From Candidatus Amesbacteria bacterium RIFCSPLOWO2_01_FULL_49_25 (GTDB lineage Bacteria > Patescibacteriota > Microgenomatia > CAZETR01 > Amesbacteraceae): a stretch of 52,245 nt of DNA. Below, piece by piece: positions 1-9,052 of the stretch. The number at the start of each line of letters is the position of its first letter. Position 1 is the stretch's first letter. The stretch is taken from NCBI GenBank assembly GCA_001773725.1, contig MEXP01000001.1:1-52245 (forward strand), written 5' to 3'. Below the pieces are notes generated by a model. The model was not told where the DNA came from. It did not search any database and was given only the letters and a program-made list of their open reading frames with translations. A program made the position numbers and the translations under genes.

Positions 1-120
1 TCCATAGGGTCTTTTTGTCCTAGTAGAGTTAGGCCGCATCTTCACAGCCATTTCAATTTCGCCGGGTGACAGTTCAAGACAGTTACTCTGTCGTTAAGCC
101 ATTCGTGCGGGTCGGAACTT

Positions 121-818
121 CATCGATAAATCCATTGTCGCCAATGGGATAGACTATACCTTTATCGCAAAATACTTAAAAGTTTTTGTGTGTTGTATTT
201 TCTTTTTCCAGAAGTATTCATCTTCACAGCCAGATTAATAATCTCTCTAATACTCGGTTTTCCTGCAATCTTTCGACATATATTCGAAAAAAGCAAAAAG
301 TCTTTATACTTAGAAGATTTTAATGGATACTTTTCAAAGAAAGGTATCACTTTTTCGTTAATCTCGCCCAAACTCCGAACTTCAAACTTTAAGGTCTTAT
401 CGCTCCTATCAGGCCTAATAGTTCCACAGTCCAAAGTTTTCTGAAATAACTCCAGAACCTCAGACCGATCGCTATTTTGACTGACAGAAAAACTTGGCCT
501 TACCTCAAGTTTGGTCTTCAATTTACTTCTGGGAGAAAAACTGACACAAAAGCTGCCTTCTCCGTCGGCGTAACCCGACAGGTACCAACAAACATCTTGA
601 AATACTGACGTCTTAGGCATATATGCCTCCAAAGTCTACGTGGACTTTGAGTCGTTACGGGGTCAATCCCGCTTAGCGGGACGACTTCCCTCGGTACTAC
701 CATCTTAATCCGAATAAAATACAAAGATCAAGAGGCTCCACCGATATGAGTCAGTGTTTACGGTGCACGATACACCGCGAGGCGTCCAGCCTCGAGGTCG
801 GGCTTGCTTCCGCCGCTT
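121..818 (-). mobile_element. Group I intron in 23S at E. coli position 1951 (L1951), carrying a homing endonuclease
   Basis: Splits UGUCGGGU|AAGUUCCGAC. The 5' exon ends in U, the intron ends in G (pos 121), IGS GCCCGAC pairs with exon GUCGGGU, and P7 is the canonical GACU/AGUC. Confidence 0.93.
162..632 (-). CDS. Single-motif LAGLIDADG homing endonuclease
   Basis: YLSGYADGEGSF motif and F-x-V-S-Q, I-CreI-like size (156 aa), located between the intron's P7 strands. Confidence 0.93.
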   Translation of the reverse strand: MEAYMPKTSVFQDVCWYLSGYADGEGSFCVSFSPRSKLKTKLEVRPSFSVSQNSDRSEVLELFQKTLDCGTIRPDRSDKTLKFEVRSLGEINEKVIPFFEKYPLKSSKYKDFLLFSNICRKIAGKPSIREIINLAVKMNTSGKRKYNTQKLLSILR

Positions 819-838
819 ACCCGACAAGGAATTTCGCT

Positions 839-1107
839 TGCTTTATCTTTACTGCATGTCGCCATGCAGACGCCACTATCTCTTTACCCCGATTTAATCG
901 GGGATGTCTGACGTATAGTGTGTGAGGATTTCCTTCGATTTCTCTCAGGATCTTTCCTGCTGATTAACTCCACCGTTCAGATTTTTACCATTTCTGGTAC
1001 TGTCGGATACTGAGTCTTTCCAGCATATAGTCAGATTTTTGTCTCCCTCTGCGGCAAACAGAATAAAAGACAGAGGTCTCTCGCCTCACTATGGCAGCGC
1101 ACATTCC
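839..1107 (-). mobile_element. ORF-less group I intron in 23S at E. coli position 1931 (L1931), with terminal A and a C:G pair at the G-site
   Basis: Splits CUAUGGU|AGCGAAAUU. Elements seen: P1 (GCCAUAG/CUAUGGU), P10 (CGCU/AGCG), P (AUAUGCUGGAAA), Q (AAUCAGCAGG), P3 (CUGAC/GUCAG), P7 (CACUA/UAGUG), P8 and P9 hairpins. Confidence 0.92.
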
Positions 1108-2585
1108 ACCATAGGATCCTTATAGTTAAGACCGCCATTCACTCGAGCTTAAGTTCAAGCCTCTCCCGAATAAATCGGGGTCAGCCATCCCCATGACTTA
1201 CGAGCATTGGGCAGGCCTCAGCCTGTATACGTTCGCTTACGCGTTTGCACAGACCTGTGTTTTAGTTAAACAGTCGCAGAGTAATCTTTTGCTGCGTCCC
1301 GACTGAGTCGGGAAGGACATCTCACTAGATTACGTCCAGCTTTTTTGCCGAGTTCCTTGAACTGCCTTCTCCCGATCGCCTTGGTCTACTCGACCACCCC
1401 ACCAGTGTCGGTTTGCGGTACGGCAAGAAACATGTCTCACTGCGAATATTTTCTCGCAAACAAAAACTGTCCCAGTTATCTCCAGACATTTGCCAGAAGA
1501 TTCCCCATCCCGCTCGATTAAACGCCAGCCCGCATTTCGCGGGGCCAACTATCTTACGGTCTAAACGCGCATTCACTGCACACGCTAGGAAGTTCTTACT
1601 CGTTCAATCCCCAGTTAATAACGACACGTCCCCTGTAGCCGAATATAAACGGCTCGTCCATCAGCTACCCCCGATTTAATCGGGACTCACCTTAGGTGCC
1701 GACTTACCCTCCGTCAAACAATGTAGCGGAGGAACCCTTGGGGTTTCGGCGGTCCGAATTCTCATCGGACTTACGCTACTCATTCCGGCATTCTCACTTG
1801 AAATCGCTCCAACCAAGCTTACGCCTGACCTTCACTGCAATTTCAACGCTCCCCTACCAAATGTCCTCGACAAAGTCGGGACAAGTCTGTCTCTTCGGCA
1901 AACAGCTTGAGCCTCGATTCATTTTCCGCGCCAGACTTCAAAGTAGACCAGTGAGCTGTTACGCTTTCTTTAAAGGATGGCTGCTTCTGAGCCAACCTCC
2001 TGGCTGTCTATGAAATTTGACATCGTTTCACACTTAGCTGTTATTTAGAGGCCTTAGAGGTCAATCTGGGTTGTTTCCCTTTAGAGCGGCCCGCTTAGCC
2101 GGGTCGTTCTGACTCCCTTTCCCAAAAACTTCCAATTCGGAGTTTGATTGAACAGTACAACTTGCGCTGCACAGCCCATCCAGTGCTCTACCTGAAAGTC
2201 CCGAAGGAAAGAGGCTATACCTATATATATTTCGGGGAGAGCCAGCTATCTCCTGGTTCGATTGGCATATTACCCCTAACCACAAGTCATCCCACAGATT
2301 TGTAACTCTGAAGGGTACGGGCCTCCCCCCGGTTTTCACCGGGGTTCACCCTGCTCATGGTTAGCTCACCAGGTTTCGGGTCTTCCATCCTGCACTAAAC
2401 GCGCTGTTAACACTCGATTTCTCTCCGCCTCCCCCCGACCTGCGGGGTTAGACTCGTGCAGAACGGAAACTCGCCGGATAATTCTTCAATAGGCACGCGA
2501 TCACCCTGAGCGGCTTTGCAGCCGAAGGGCTCTCACTGCTTGTTAGCAGACAATTTCAGGTTCTATTTCACTAGGTTTTCAACCC

Positions 2586-2625
<40 letters not shown>

Positions 2626-2842
2626 AAGCCACAAGTATTTAGCCTTGGAGTGTGGTCACCCCGGATTCCCACAAAGTCGTGTGCTTCATGGTACTTGGGA
2701 ATTCAGGTCTCAAGTGAATTTAGGTTTCGTCTACACGGCTTTCACAGTTCTCTGGCCCGCTATTCCAAGCGGTTTGACTACCCTCTTTCAATCCCTCGAC
2801 CCTCCCGCAACACCCTTCGAAGCTCCTTACGGAGCAAAGTAG

Positions 2843-2873
<31 letters not shown>

Positions 2874-3232
2874 TACTCACGGAATCTCTCACGGCAAAGC
2901 CGTGATAATTTCGATTTCTTTTCCAGCTTCTACTTAGATGTTTCAGTTCGAAGCGTTCCCTCCCAGCTTACGCTGAGTCTCCAAAAGGAGGGGTTTCCCC
3001 ATTCGGACACCGCCGGATCAAAGCTTCTTGGCAGCTCCCCGACGACTATCGTGGCCATATACGTCCTTCTTCGGCTCGTAGCTCCTAGGCATCCTTTGTC
3101 TGCTTTACGTAAAAAAGATACGGCTCTTATTACCTAACTTACTCTCTTCACTTTTCAAAGTACAAGCAAGCCTGGACTAAAAGGCTCGTCTCGGCCTCCC
3201 CGCAAAAGGGAAACCGGGACCAACCCTTCAGT

Positions 3233-3309
3233 TGGTGGACTCGGAGGGACTCGAACCCTCGACCCCGTCATTGCAAATGACGTGCTCTAGCCAGCTGAGC
3301 TACGAGCCC
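3233..3309 (-). tRNA. tRNA-Ala(TGC)
   Basis: Full cloverleaf, anticodon arm CGTCA-TTTGCAA-TGACG, G3:U70, encoded CCA. Confidence 0.96.
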
Positions 3310-3457
3310 AAACCGGCATCTGGGCCCAACTAAAAAAGCCCTCCCCTCGGAAGGCTGCCAGTCCCTTGCTATCCCCTATCAGGCAAAGCCTGTCAAGGAA
3401 AATTTTGGATTAAAAAGCAAAGTTCTCATGAATCGGCCACCTTCAAAAGGTATCCCG

Positions 3458-3486
3458 ATATTACCCCGTCGTGCAAGCTCTGTCAA
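3458..3486 (-). promoter_or_regulatory. Sigma70-type promoter for the tRNA-Ala/23S unit
   Basis: TTGACA-17 bp-TAATAT, with a boxA-like TGCTTTTTAA downstream at ~3410-3419. Confidence 0.65.
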
Positions 3487-3496
3487 GGTGGCTACC

Positions 3497-4696
3497 TCAC
3501 TCATACCTTAAGGCCTCTATAGGATCCAATCTGCTCGCCCGAACCGCCGGCGCCAGCCCCGATACTATCCCCACCCCGGCCGACACCCCAAAAGCCATCA
3601 TCACCGATCCCGCTGTCACTGCCGTTTCAATAAATTGTCGCAAGATGGCCGATATCCCCCACCCAATCCCAATCCCTACCCCACCCCCAACCACCGACAG
3701 CAATATCGATTCAATCAAAAACTGGAGCAAAATATCTCGATTTGTAGCCCCCAGTGCCTTGCGCAAACCAATTTCCCTGGTCCTCTCCGTTACAGACACC
3801 AGCATGATATTGGCAATCCCGATCCCCCCTACAACCAGTGATATCGCCGCAATGCCAGACAGGGCCCCCGTCACCACCCCCAAAAACGAGGTTATAGACT
3901 CCAATAGTTCCTTAGGTTCCAAAATAGTAAAATCGTCATCAGTCAAATTTTTCCGATAAAAGTAGTTCTTAATTTTCCTGCTCGCCGCCGCCGCACTATC
4001 GGCGTCCCTTATCCTCACCATCACGGCCGCCGGTTTTTTAATCCCTGTCACTTTCATGGCCGTAGTCACCGGCATCAACACAAACGAGTTCTCATCGCTG
4101 TTCCCCCCCAGTCCCCCTCCCTTTTCTTTTAGTTTCCCTATTACCTCCACCTTGGACCCCGTCACATCAATCTCTCTTCCCACCGGATTCCCGACCCCCC
4201 CAAACAACTCCTCATAGACCTTATGCCCAATCACCCCCACCATTTGACTTCGCTCCAGCATACTTCTGCTGAAAAACTTTCCCGCCTCTATCTCCACATT
4301 CCCAAACTCCAAATATTCTTCGCCCACTCCTGCCAAATTTCCAAAGTAAGTTTTAGATCGGTATTTCATTGTCGCCCCCTTGGATATCATTCCGCTAACC
4401 TTGACAATCGGGTCACCCAAATCCCCCATCTGTCTGACGTCACTAAAGTCAAATTTTGCTTCCACGTTTCTTGGCGGCCCGCCGGAAAAACTCACTTTAC
4501 CCGGAGAGATAAGCAGCACATTCGACCCGAGAGATTCAAACTCCTCCGTCACAAAAGCCTGCAGACCGTTTCCGATAGACACCAAAAGTATTACCGCCGC
4601 AACCCCGATAATAATCCCCAAAGTGGTCAAAGCCGACCTAGTTTTATTAGTCCTAATCGCTCTCGCCGCGCTCCTTACTAGTTCAACTGTGTCCAT
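3497..4696 (-). CDS. MacB/FtsX-family ABC transporter permease
   Basis: RSALTTLGIIIGV and GIANIMLVSVTERTREIGLRKALGA motifs. Confidence 0.93.
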   Translation of the reverse strand: MDTVELVRSAARAIRTNKTRSALTTLGIIIGVAAVILLVSIGNGLQAFVTEEFESLGSNVLLISPGKVSFSGGPPRNVEAKFDFSDVRQMGDLGDPIVKVSGMISKGATMKYRSKTYFGNLAGVGEEYLEFGNVEIEAGKFFSRSMLERSQMVGVIGHKVYEELFGGVGNPVGREIDVTGSKVEVIGKLKEKGGGLGGNSDENSFVLMPVTTAMKVTGIKKPAAVMVRIRDADSAAAASRKIKNYFYRKNLTDDDFTILEPKELLESITSFLGVVTGALSGIAAISLVVGGIGIANIMLVSVTERTREIGLRKALGATNRDILLQFLIESILLSVVGGGVGIGIGWGISAILRQFIETAVTAGSVMMAFGVSAGVGIVSGLAPAVRASRLDPIEALRYE

Positions 4697-5372
4697 TTGC
4701 TATCCTCCCGTCTTTTATAACTACCTGCCTTTTGGCCCGCCTGGCGATGTTGGGGTCATGTGACACCAATATTATAGTTACCCCACCCTCATGCAGGTCT
4801 TCAAATAATTTAATTATTTCCTCGCCGGTTTTCGAATCCAAGTTTCCCGTCGGCTCATCCGCCAATAAAAGCGACGGGTTAGTAACCAGAGCCCTAGCAA
4901 TCGCTACCCTCTGCTGTTGCCCTCCCGAAAGTTGAGATGGCCTGTTTTGCAGCCGATCCCCCAGACCCACCTTGATCAATTCATTTTTGGCTATTTCATG
5001 TCGCCCGGATGCAGAAATACCCCGATAAACCAGCGGCAGCTCCACATTAACAATTGCCGGTGTTGCCCGCAGTAAATTAAACTGCTGAAACACTAGCCCT
5101 ATTTTTTCATTTCGCAGTTTTGCCAATTTGTTGTCACTCAAATTTTTGGTGTTTATTCCATCCACAAATATCTCCCCCGCGCTTTGCCGATCCATTAGTC
5201 CAATCAGATGCAAAAGCGTCGACTTTCCCGATCCCGACGGCCCGGTAATAGCGACAAATTCTCCCTTAACGACTTCAAAAGACACCCTATCCAAGGCTTT
5301 CACCATGCTCTCACTGCTAGCCGGGTCCCCATACACTCGACTGACATTTTTAAATTCCACTACTGGTACCAT
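4683..5372 (-). CDS. ABC transporter ATP-binding protein (LolD/MacB-type)
   Basis: Walker A GPSGSGKST, LSGGQQQR, ADEPTGNLD. Confidence 0.95.
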   Translation of the reverse strand: MVPVVEFKNVSRVYGDPASSESMVKALDRVSFEVVKGEFVAITGPSGSGKSTLLHLIGLMDRQSAGEIFVDGINTKNLSDNKLAKLRNEKIGLVFQQFNLLRATPAIVNVELPLVYRGISASGRHEIAKNELIKVGLGDRLQNRPSQLSGGQQQRVAIARALVTNPSLLLADEPTGNLDSKTGEEIIKLFEDLHEGGVTIILVSHDPNIARRAKRQVVIKDGRIANGHS

Positions 5373-6355
5373 ACTTTTTGCCCCTCGACAACACCACTCT
5401 TTATTTCCACCTCTTCGTCTCCTTCCAATCCTATCTCCACTCTTTGCCGTTGCCCCCCCGGCAGCTCCACCTCCCCCTCCCCCACCGCCTCGATAGGCAG
5501 CACCAGCACCCCCTTCGCCTCCTCCACTGTTAGTGCCGCATCTCCATTCATCCCCACTCTTAATATCTTAATATCTTCTTCACTTAATATCTTAACTCTC
5601 ACCGAAAACACCGTCGCCCCCGCATCAGACTCGTGAGACGAAAAATCTATGCTGGTTATCTCCCCCTCCAGCTTTTCATCCGGATAAGCATCCAAGGTCA
5701 CCTCCATTGCCTTGCCCACACCTACCAAATTCAATTCCGTCTCATCCACTTCAGATTCAAAATACAAAGACTCGGGATCCACTATATCCACCCCATCTGC
5801 CACCCCCACTGTTTCCCCAGCTACAGTCACAGTTATATTTACCACCACTCCGTCAATCGGCGATATCAAGTTGGCGTTCTGCCTCGCCCTTACCGCCGTC
5901 TGCCAAGCGTCATAAGCCTTATCCCGTGCCGTCTGCGCCGTCACCCGATCGTTTTTCTGTGCAAACGTCTCATCCTTGTCATGGCCCTTCACCTGGTCCT
6001 CGATCTCCTTGGCATTCGCGTCCGCCGCAGCGTAACTATAATAAGCCGCCGTCTCCACCGCCGCCGCATCCCGGGCATCCAATCCCATCACCGCTTGTCC
6101 TTTCTTTATCCTGTCCCCCCCCGCCACTTTTACGTACCCCAACTTACCCACCCCACAAAATCGCAAACTAGCCTCCCTGCCCGCGACAATTTTTCCCGAC
6201 ATCACCAAAGTCTTTCGCACATCCTTCCTCTCCACCACCGCCACCTTCATATTTTTATCATTACTGCTTTCCCGACTATTTCGCCACCACCAAAATCCCG
6301 CCATCCCCAACCCTATCAGCAAAAAAATAACGGCCCTCCGCCTCAAAAATTTCAT
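5360..6355 (-). CDS. MacA-like periplasmic adaptor (membrane fusion protein)
   Basis: N-terminal TM, lipoyl-like SPIDGVV, VDETE...LDAYP; in an operon with the ABC genes. Confidence 0.88.
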   Translation of the reverse strand: MKFLRRRAVIFLLIGLGMAGFWWWRNSRESSNDKNMKVAVVERKDVRKTLVMSGKIVAGREASLRFCGVGKLGYVKVAGGDRIKKGQAVMGLDARDAAAVETAAYYSYAAADANAKEIEDQVKGHDKDETFAQKNDRVTAQTARDKAYDAWQTAVRARQNANLISPIDGVVVNITVTVAGETVGVADGVDIVDPESLYFESEVDETELNLVGVGKAMEVTLDAYPDEKLEGEITSIDFSSHESDAGATVFSVRVKILSEEDIKILRVGMNGDAALTVEEAKGVLVLPIEAVGEGEVELPGGQRQRVEIGLEGDEEVEIKSGVVEGQKVWYQ

Positions 6356-6395
6356 ACAAATTGCATTTTAGCACCAAGCATCCTACTATTAATAC

Positions 6396-6608
6396 ATCGT
6401 CAGATACCTTCTCATTATTCCCGCACTAATCTTCCTTGCCATCACCGGCACGCTTCTCTATGGCCTGATTATCACCCCTCGTCTCAACTCAAGGATGGTT
6501 TGCATTCAATCCCTCTCCCGCTCTTGCTTCTTGGGCACTCCCCTTTGCTTCGATTTCCCCAACCCCTGCTCCACCCCACCACTCTGGTACCCTCCAACCC
6601 GCTATTGA
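6396..6608 (+). CDS. Small membrane-anchored Cys-containing protein, apparent ATC start (not in the ORF track)
   Basis: 70-codon frame IVRYLLIIPALIFLAITGTLLYGLII...CIQ...C...CFDFPNPC...W. TTGCAT-17-TACTAT lies 6 nt upstream of ATC. Confidence 0.5.
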   Translation: MVRYLLIIPALIFLAITGTLLYGLIITPRLNSRMVCIQSLSRSCFLGTPLCFDFPNPCSTPPLWYPPTRY

Positions 6609-6645
6609 GATATAATCCACCAAAGAAAGCTTTCCTGATTTCTAT

Positions 6646-6868
6646 GGGCTGCTGGTTCAGCGGTAGAACGCGTTCCTGATAGCGTGCCGACCATTGGGCG
6701 GATAGTTCAATGGTAGAACGCATTCCTGATAAGAATGAGGCTCGTGGTCCGATTCCACGTCCGCCCACCATTCTGTCGGCACGATATATCAAAGCTTTTG
6801 GGGCAGGTGCCCCAAGTCGCTTTGTTATAAGAACGAAGTGCATGGTTCGACTCCATGGCAGCCCACCA
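6646..6868 (+). tRNA. Outer interrupted tRNA-Ile-like gene (5' half 6646-6680, 3' half 6829-6868) with a ~148-nt insert in the anticodon loop
   Basis: Acceptor GGGCTGC/GCAGCCC+ACCA, D arm GTTC/GAAC, anticodon stem CGTTC/GAACG, T arm CATGG-TTCGACT-CCATG. Confidence 0.8.
6696..6770 (+). tRNA. tRNA-Ile(GAT), nested inside the outer tRNA
   Basis: Complete cloverleaf GGGCGGA/TCCGCCC, CATTC-CTGATAA-GAATG, CCA. The T-loop TCCGATT is atypical. Confidence 0.9.
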
Positions 6869-7089
6869 TGACCAATCAATCAATCCGTCTTAGCCTCGTC
6901 GCCATTTCCCTCCTCACCCATTTCCAAACGCCCCTTCGTGAAGGCGCTCTTCCCCCACCCCCCGAATTCTGCTCCGGCCCAATCTGTGTTAGCATCATGG
7001 GCCAACATTTCCAACCCGACGCATCACTTTCGAAAGCCATTTTTGGCCCTATCCGACCATTCAAAGAACTCGACGCAATCCTTTCTTAA
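6868..7089 (+). CDS. Hypothetical small protein
   Basis: ATG overlaps the tRNA CCA; no recognisable motif. Confidence 0.35.
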   Translation: MTNQSIRLSLVAISLLTHFQTPLREGALPPPPEFCSGPICVSIMGQHFQPDASLSKAIFGPIRPFKELDAILS

Positions 7090-7282
7090 TCCCCGCTATC
7101 TCCCGCTCGATCCCCTCCACCATGTCCCTATACACCATATATTCGGTGTACCTCAGCTCGGATAAAGAATCTTCATGCCTCACCCCCCGAAACAGCCTCT
7201 TCTTCTCCTCATAAATCTTCTTATACTTTAGGAGTTGCTCCTCCAAATACCCAAGCCGTGCTCTACTGTCTGTTCTGCTCAT
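7061..7282 (-). CDS. Small coiled-coil hypothetical protein
   Basis: Charged helical 73-aa ORF with the typical minus-strand codon bias. Confidence 0.65.
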   Translation of the reverse strand: MSRTDSRARLGYLEEQLLKYKKIYEEKKRLFRGVRHEDSLSELRYTEYMVYRDMVEGIEREIAGIKKGLRRVL

Positions 7283-7532
7283 TTCCCCATTCTAACATCC
7301 ACGCCTCCCATTCCTTCCTTACCCAATTCTTTACCCCAATAGCCCTAAGCACAATGCCCAAATATACTGGATTAAGCCATACCGGCGGCGAATCCACCCA
7401 CTCAAAACGCCTTCCGCACTTTCCGCAATCTACATTTATCGGGGAATATCCCCGACTCTGCATCCTCAGCCTCTTGGCCGGACAATCCGCCTCTGCACAA
7501 ATCAGCGCCACAAGCTTATTGTACCCCACCAA
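7263..7532 (-). CDS. Small putative Zn-ribbon protein
   Basis: CxxxxC and CxxC motifs. Confidence 0.5.
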   Translation of the reverse strand: MVGYNKLVALICAEADCPAKRLRMQSRGYSPINVDCGKCGRRFEWVDSPPVWLNPVYLGIVLRAIGVKNWVRKEWEAWMLEWGNEQNRQ

Positions 7533-7558
7533 AAAACCCGCCTCCAGACGGGTTTTAT
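7531..7558 (-). terminator. Intrinsic terminator downstream of 16S
   Basis: AAAACCCG...CGGGTTTT hairpin with T/A tracts on both sides. Confidence 0.65.
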
Positions 7559-8740
7559 ATTCTCTCAGGTTCCAAAAAGTGGTGGGAAAAACAGCGCCGA
7601 GTCACTTTGACGTTTGTGACTTAGCCTGCCAATGTTGGTTGGTTTATTAAAGTGGCCGACCAAAAAGGACCACTGGGGTAAAAATACTCCTAGAAAGGAG
7701 GTGATCCATCCCCAGCTTCGGCTAGGGATACCTTGTTACAACTTAGCCCTCATCGCCGAGTTTACCCTCTTCCCGATTAAATCGGGACGTCAGGCACCCC
7801 CGACTTTGCTGGCTTGATGGGCGGTGTGTACAAAAGGCGAGAACGTATTCACCGCGGTCTGCTGATCCGCGATTACTACCAAGTCCATCTTCATGGGGGC
7901 GAGTTTCAGCCCCCAATCTGAACTGAGGGGTGTTTTGCTGGGATTAGCTCCGCCTTGCGGCTTGGCAACCCATTGTTCCACCCCATTGTAGGATGTGTGT
8001 GGCCCCAGATATAAGGATCATGCTGACTTGACGTCATCCCCTCCTTCCTCCCCGATAAATATCGGGGCAGTCTCCCATGAGTAATCAACATGGGATAGGG
8101 GTTGCGCTCGTTTCGGCACTTAAGCCGACACCCCACGGCACGAGCTGAAGACAGCCATGCAACACCTGTCCAGCACTTCACACTTTCGCGTGATTTTCCA
8201 TAGTTTCCTACAGAACATTAGGTACTGGATGTCAAATCTGGGTAAGGTCCATCGCTTCGTGTCGAATTGAACCACATGCTCCCCTGGTTGTGCGCCTTCC
8301 CGTCAATTCCTTTAAGTTTCAACCTTGCGGCCGTACTCCCCAGGCGGCCCGCTTCACGCGTTAGCTCCGACCCCTCCAAAAAAGGAAGGATCAAGCGGGC
8401 ATGGTTTACAGCTAGGACTACAGGGGTCTCTAATCCCTTTCGCTCCCCTAGCTTTCGTTCCTCAGCGTCAGTGCGGCCCCAGGTACCTGCCTTCGCCCTC
8501 GGTGTTCCTGACAATATCAACGCATTTCACTGCTACACTGTCAGTTCCAGTACCCCCTAACCGACTCAATCACGTAAGTTTTTCGTCCGGATCCGAGGTT
8601 GGGCCTCGGGCTTTCAAACGAAACTTTACGTGACGCCTACGAACTCTTTACGCCCAGTAAATCCGGATAACGCTCGCACCCCACGTATTACCGCGGCTGC
8701 TGGCACGTGGTTAGCAGGTGCTTATTCTACAGGTACCGTC

Positions 8741-9052
8741 CCCCTCACCTTTTTGCCAACAAACCGACACTTCTTTTTAACCTAATTTTTAACATTTGCA
8801 TTCCTTTGCCGTGATTTTTCAATTTTCTTTCACGATCTAGTGCATCTAAGTGTGATTTGTATCCCTCACAGTAAACTAATTCCCATGGGATATATGGTTT
8901 GGTAGCAAAACTTTGACCTTTATTGTGTTCTTCTAATCTTTTTTTTAAATTATCAGAATAACCAACATACCATTGGTCAAAATCCTTACTCCAAAGCATA
9001 TACACCCAATACATCAAATCTAGTTTACTAAATTTGGCAAAAAGGTGAGGGG
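8741..9052 (-). mobile_element. Intervening sequence in 16S helix 17 region (V3), bounded by a perfect 19-bp inverted repeat
   Basis: CCCCTCACCTTTTTGCCAA (8741-8759) and TTGGCAAAAAGGTGAGGGG (9034-9052) enclose an AT-rich ORF; no group I core seen. Confidence 0.85.
8745..9017 (-). CDS. Small GIY-YIG endonuclease
   Basis: YWVYML...WYVGYS..LKKRLEEHN...ALDRERKLK. Confidence 0.9.
   Translation of the reverse strand: MMYWVYMLWSKDFDQWYVGYSDNLKKRLEEHNKGQSFATKPYIPWELVYCEGYKSHLDALDRERKLKNHGKGMQMLKIRLKRSVGLLAKR

Noticed and set aside
5633-6679. Long plus-strand ORFs antisense to real genes (also 28722-29504, 39305-40207, 40280-41683)
   Set aside because: Shadow frames caused by strong strand and codon bias; His/Pro/Arg-rich with no motifs.
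6681-6828. The tRNA insert as a group I/II intron, BHB intron or tmRNA
   Set aside because: No P7 or domain V, no canonical BHB, no G3:U70 acceptor or tag ORF.
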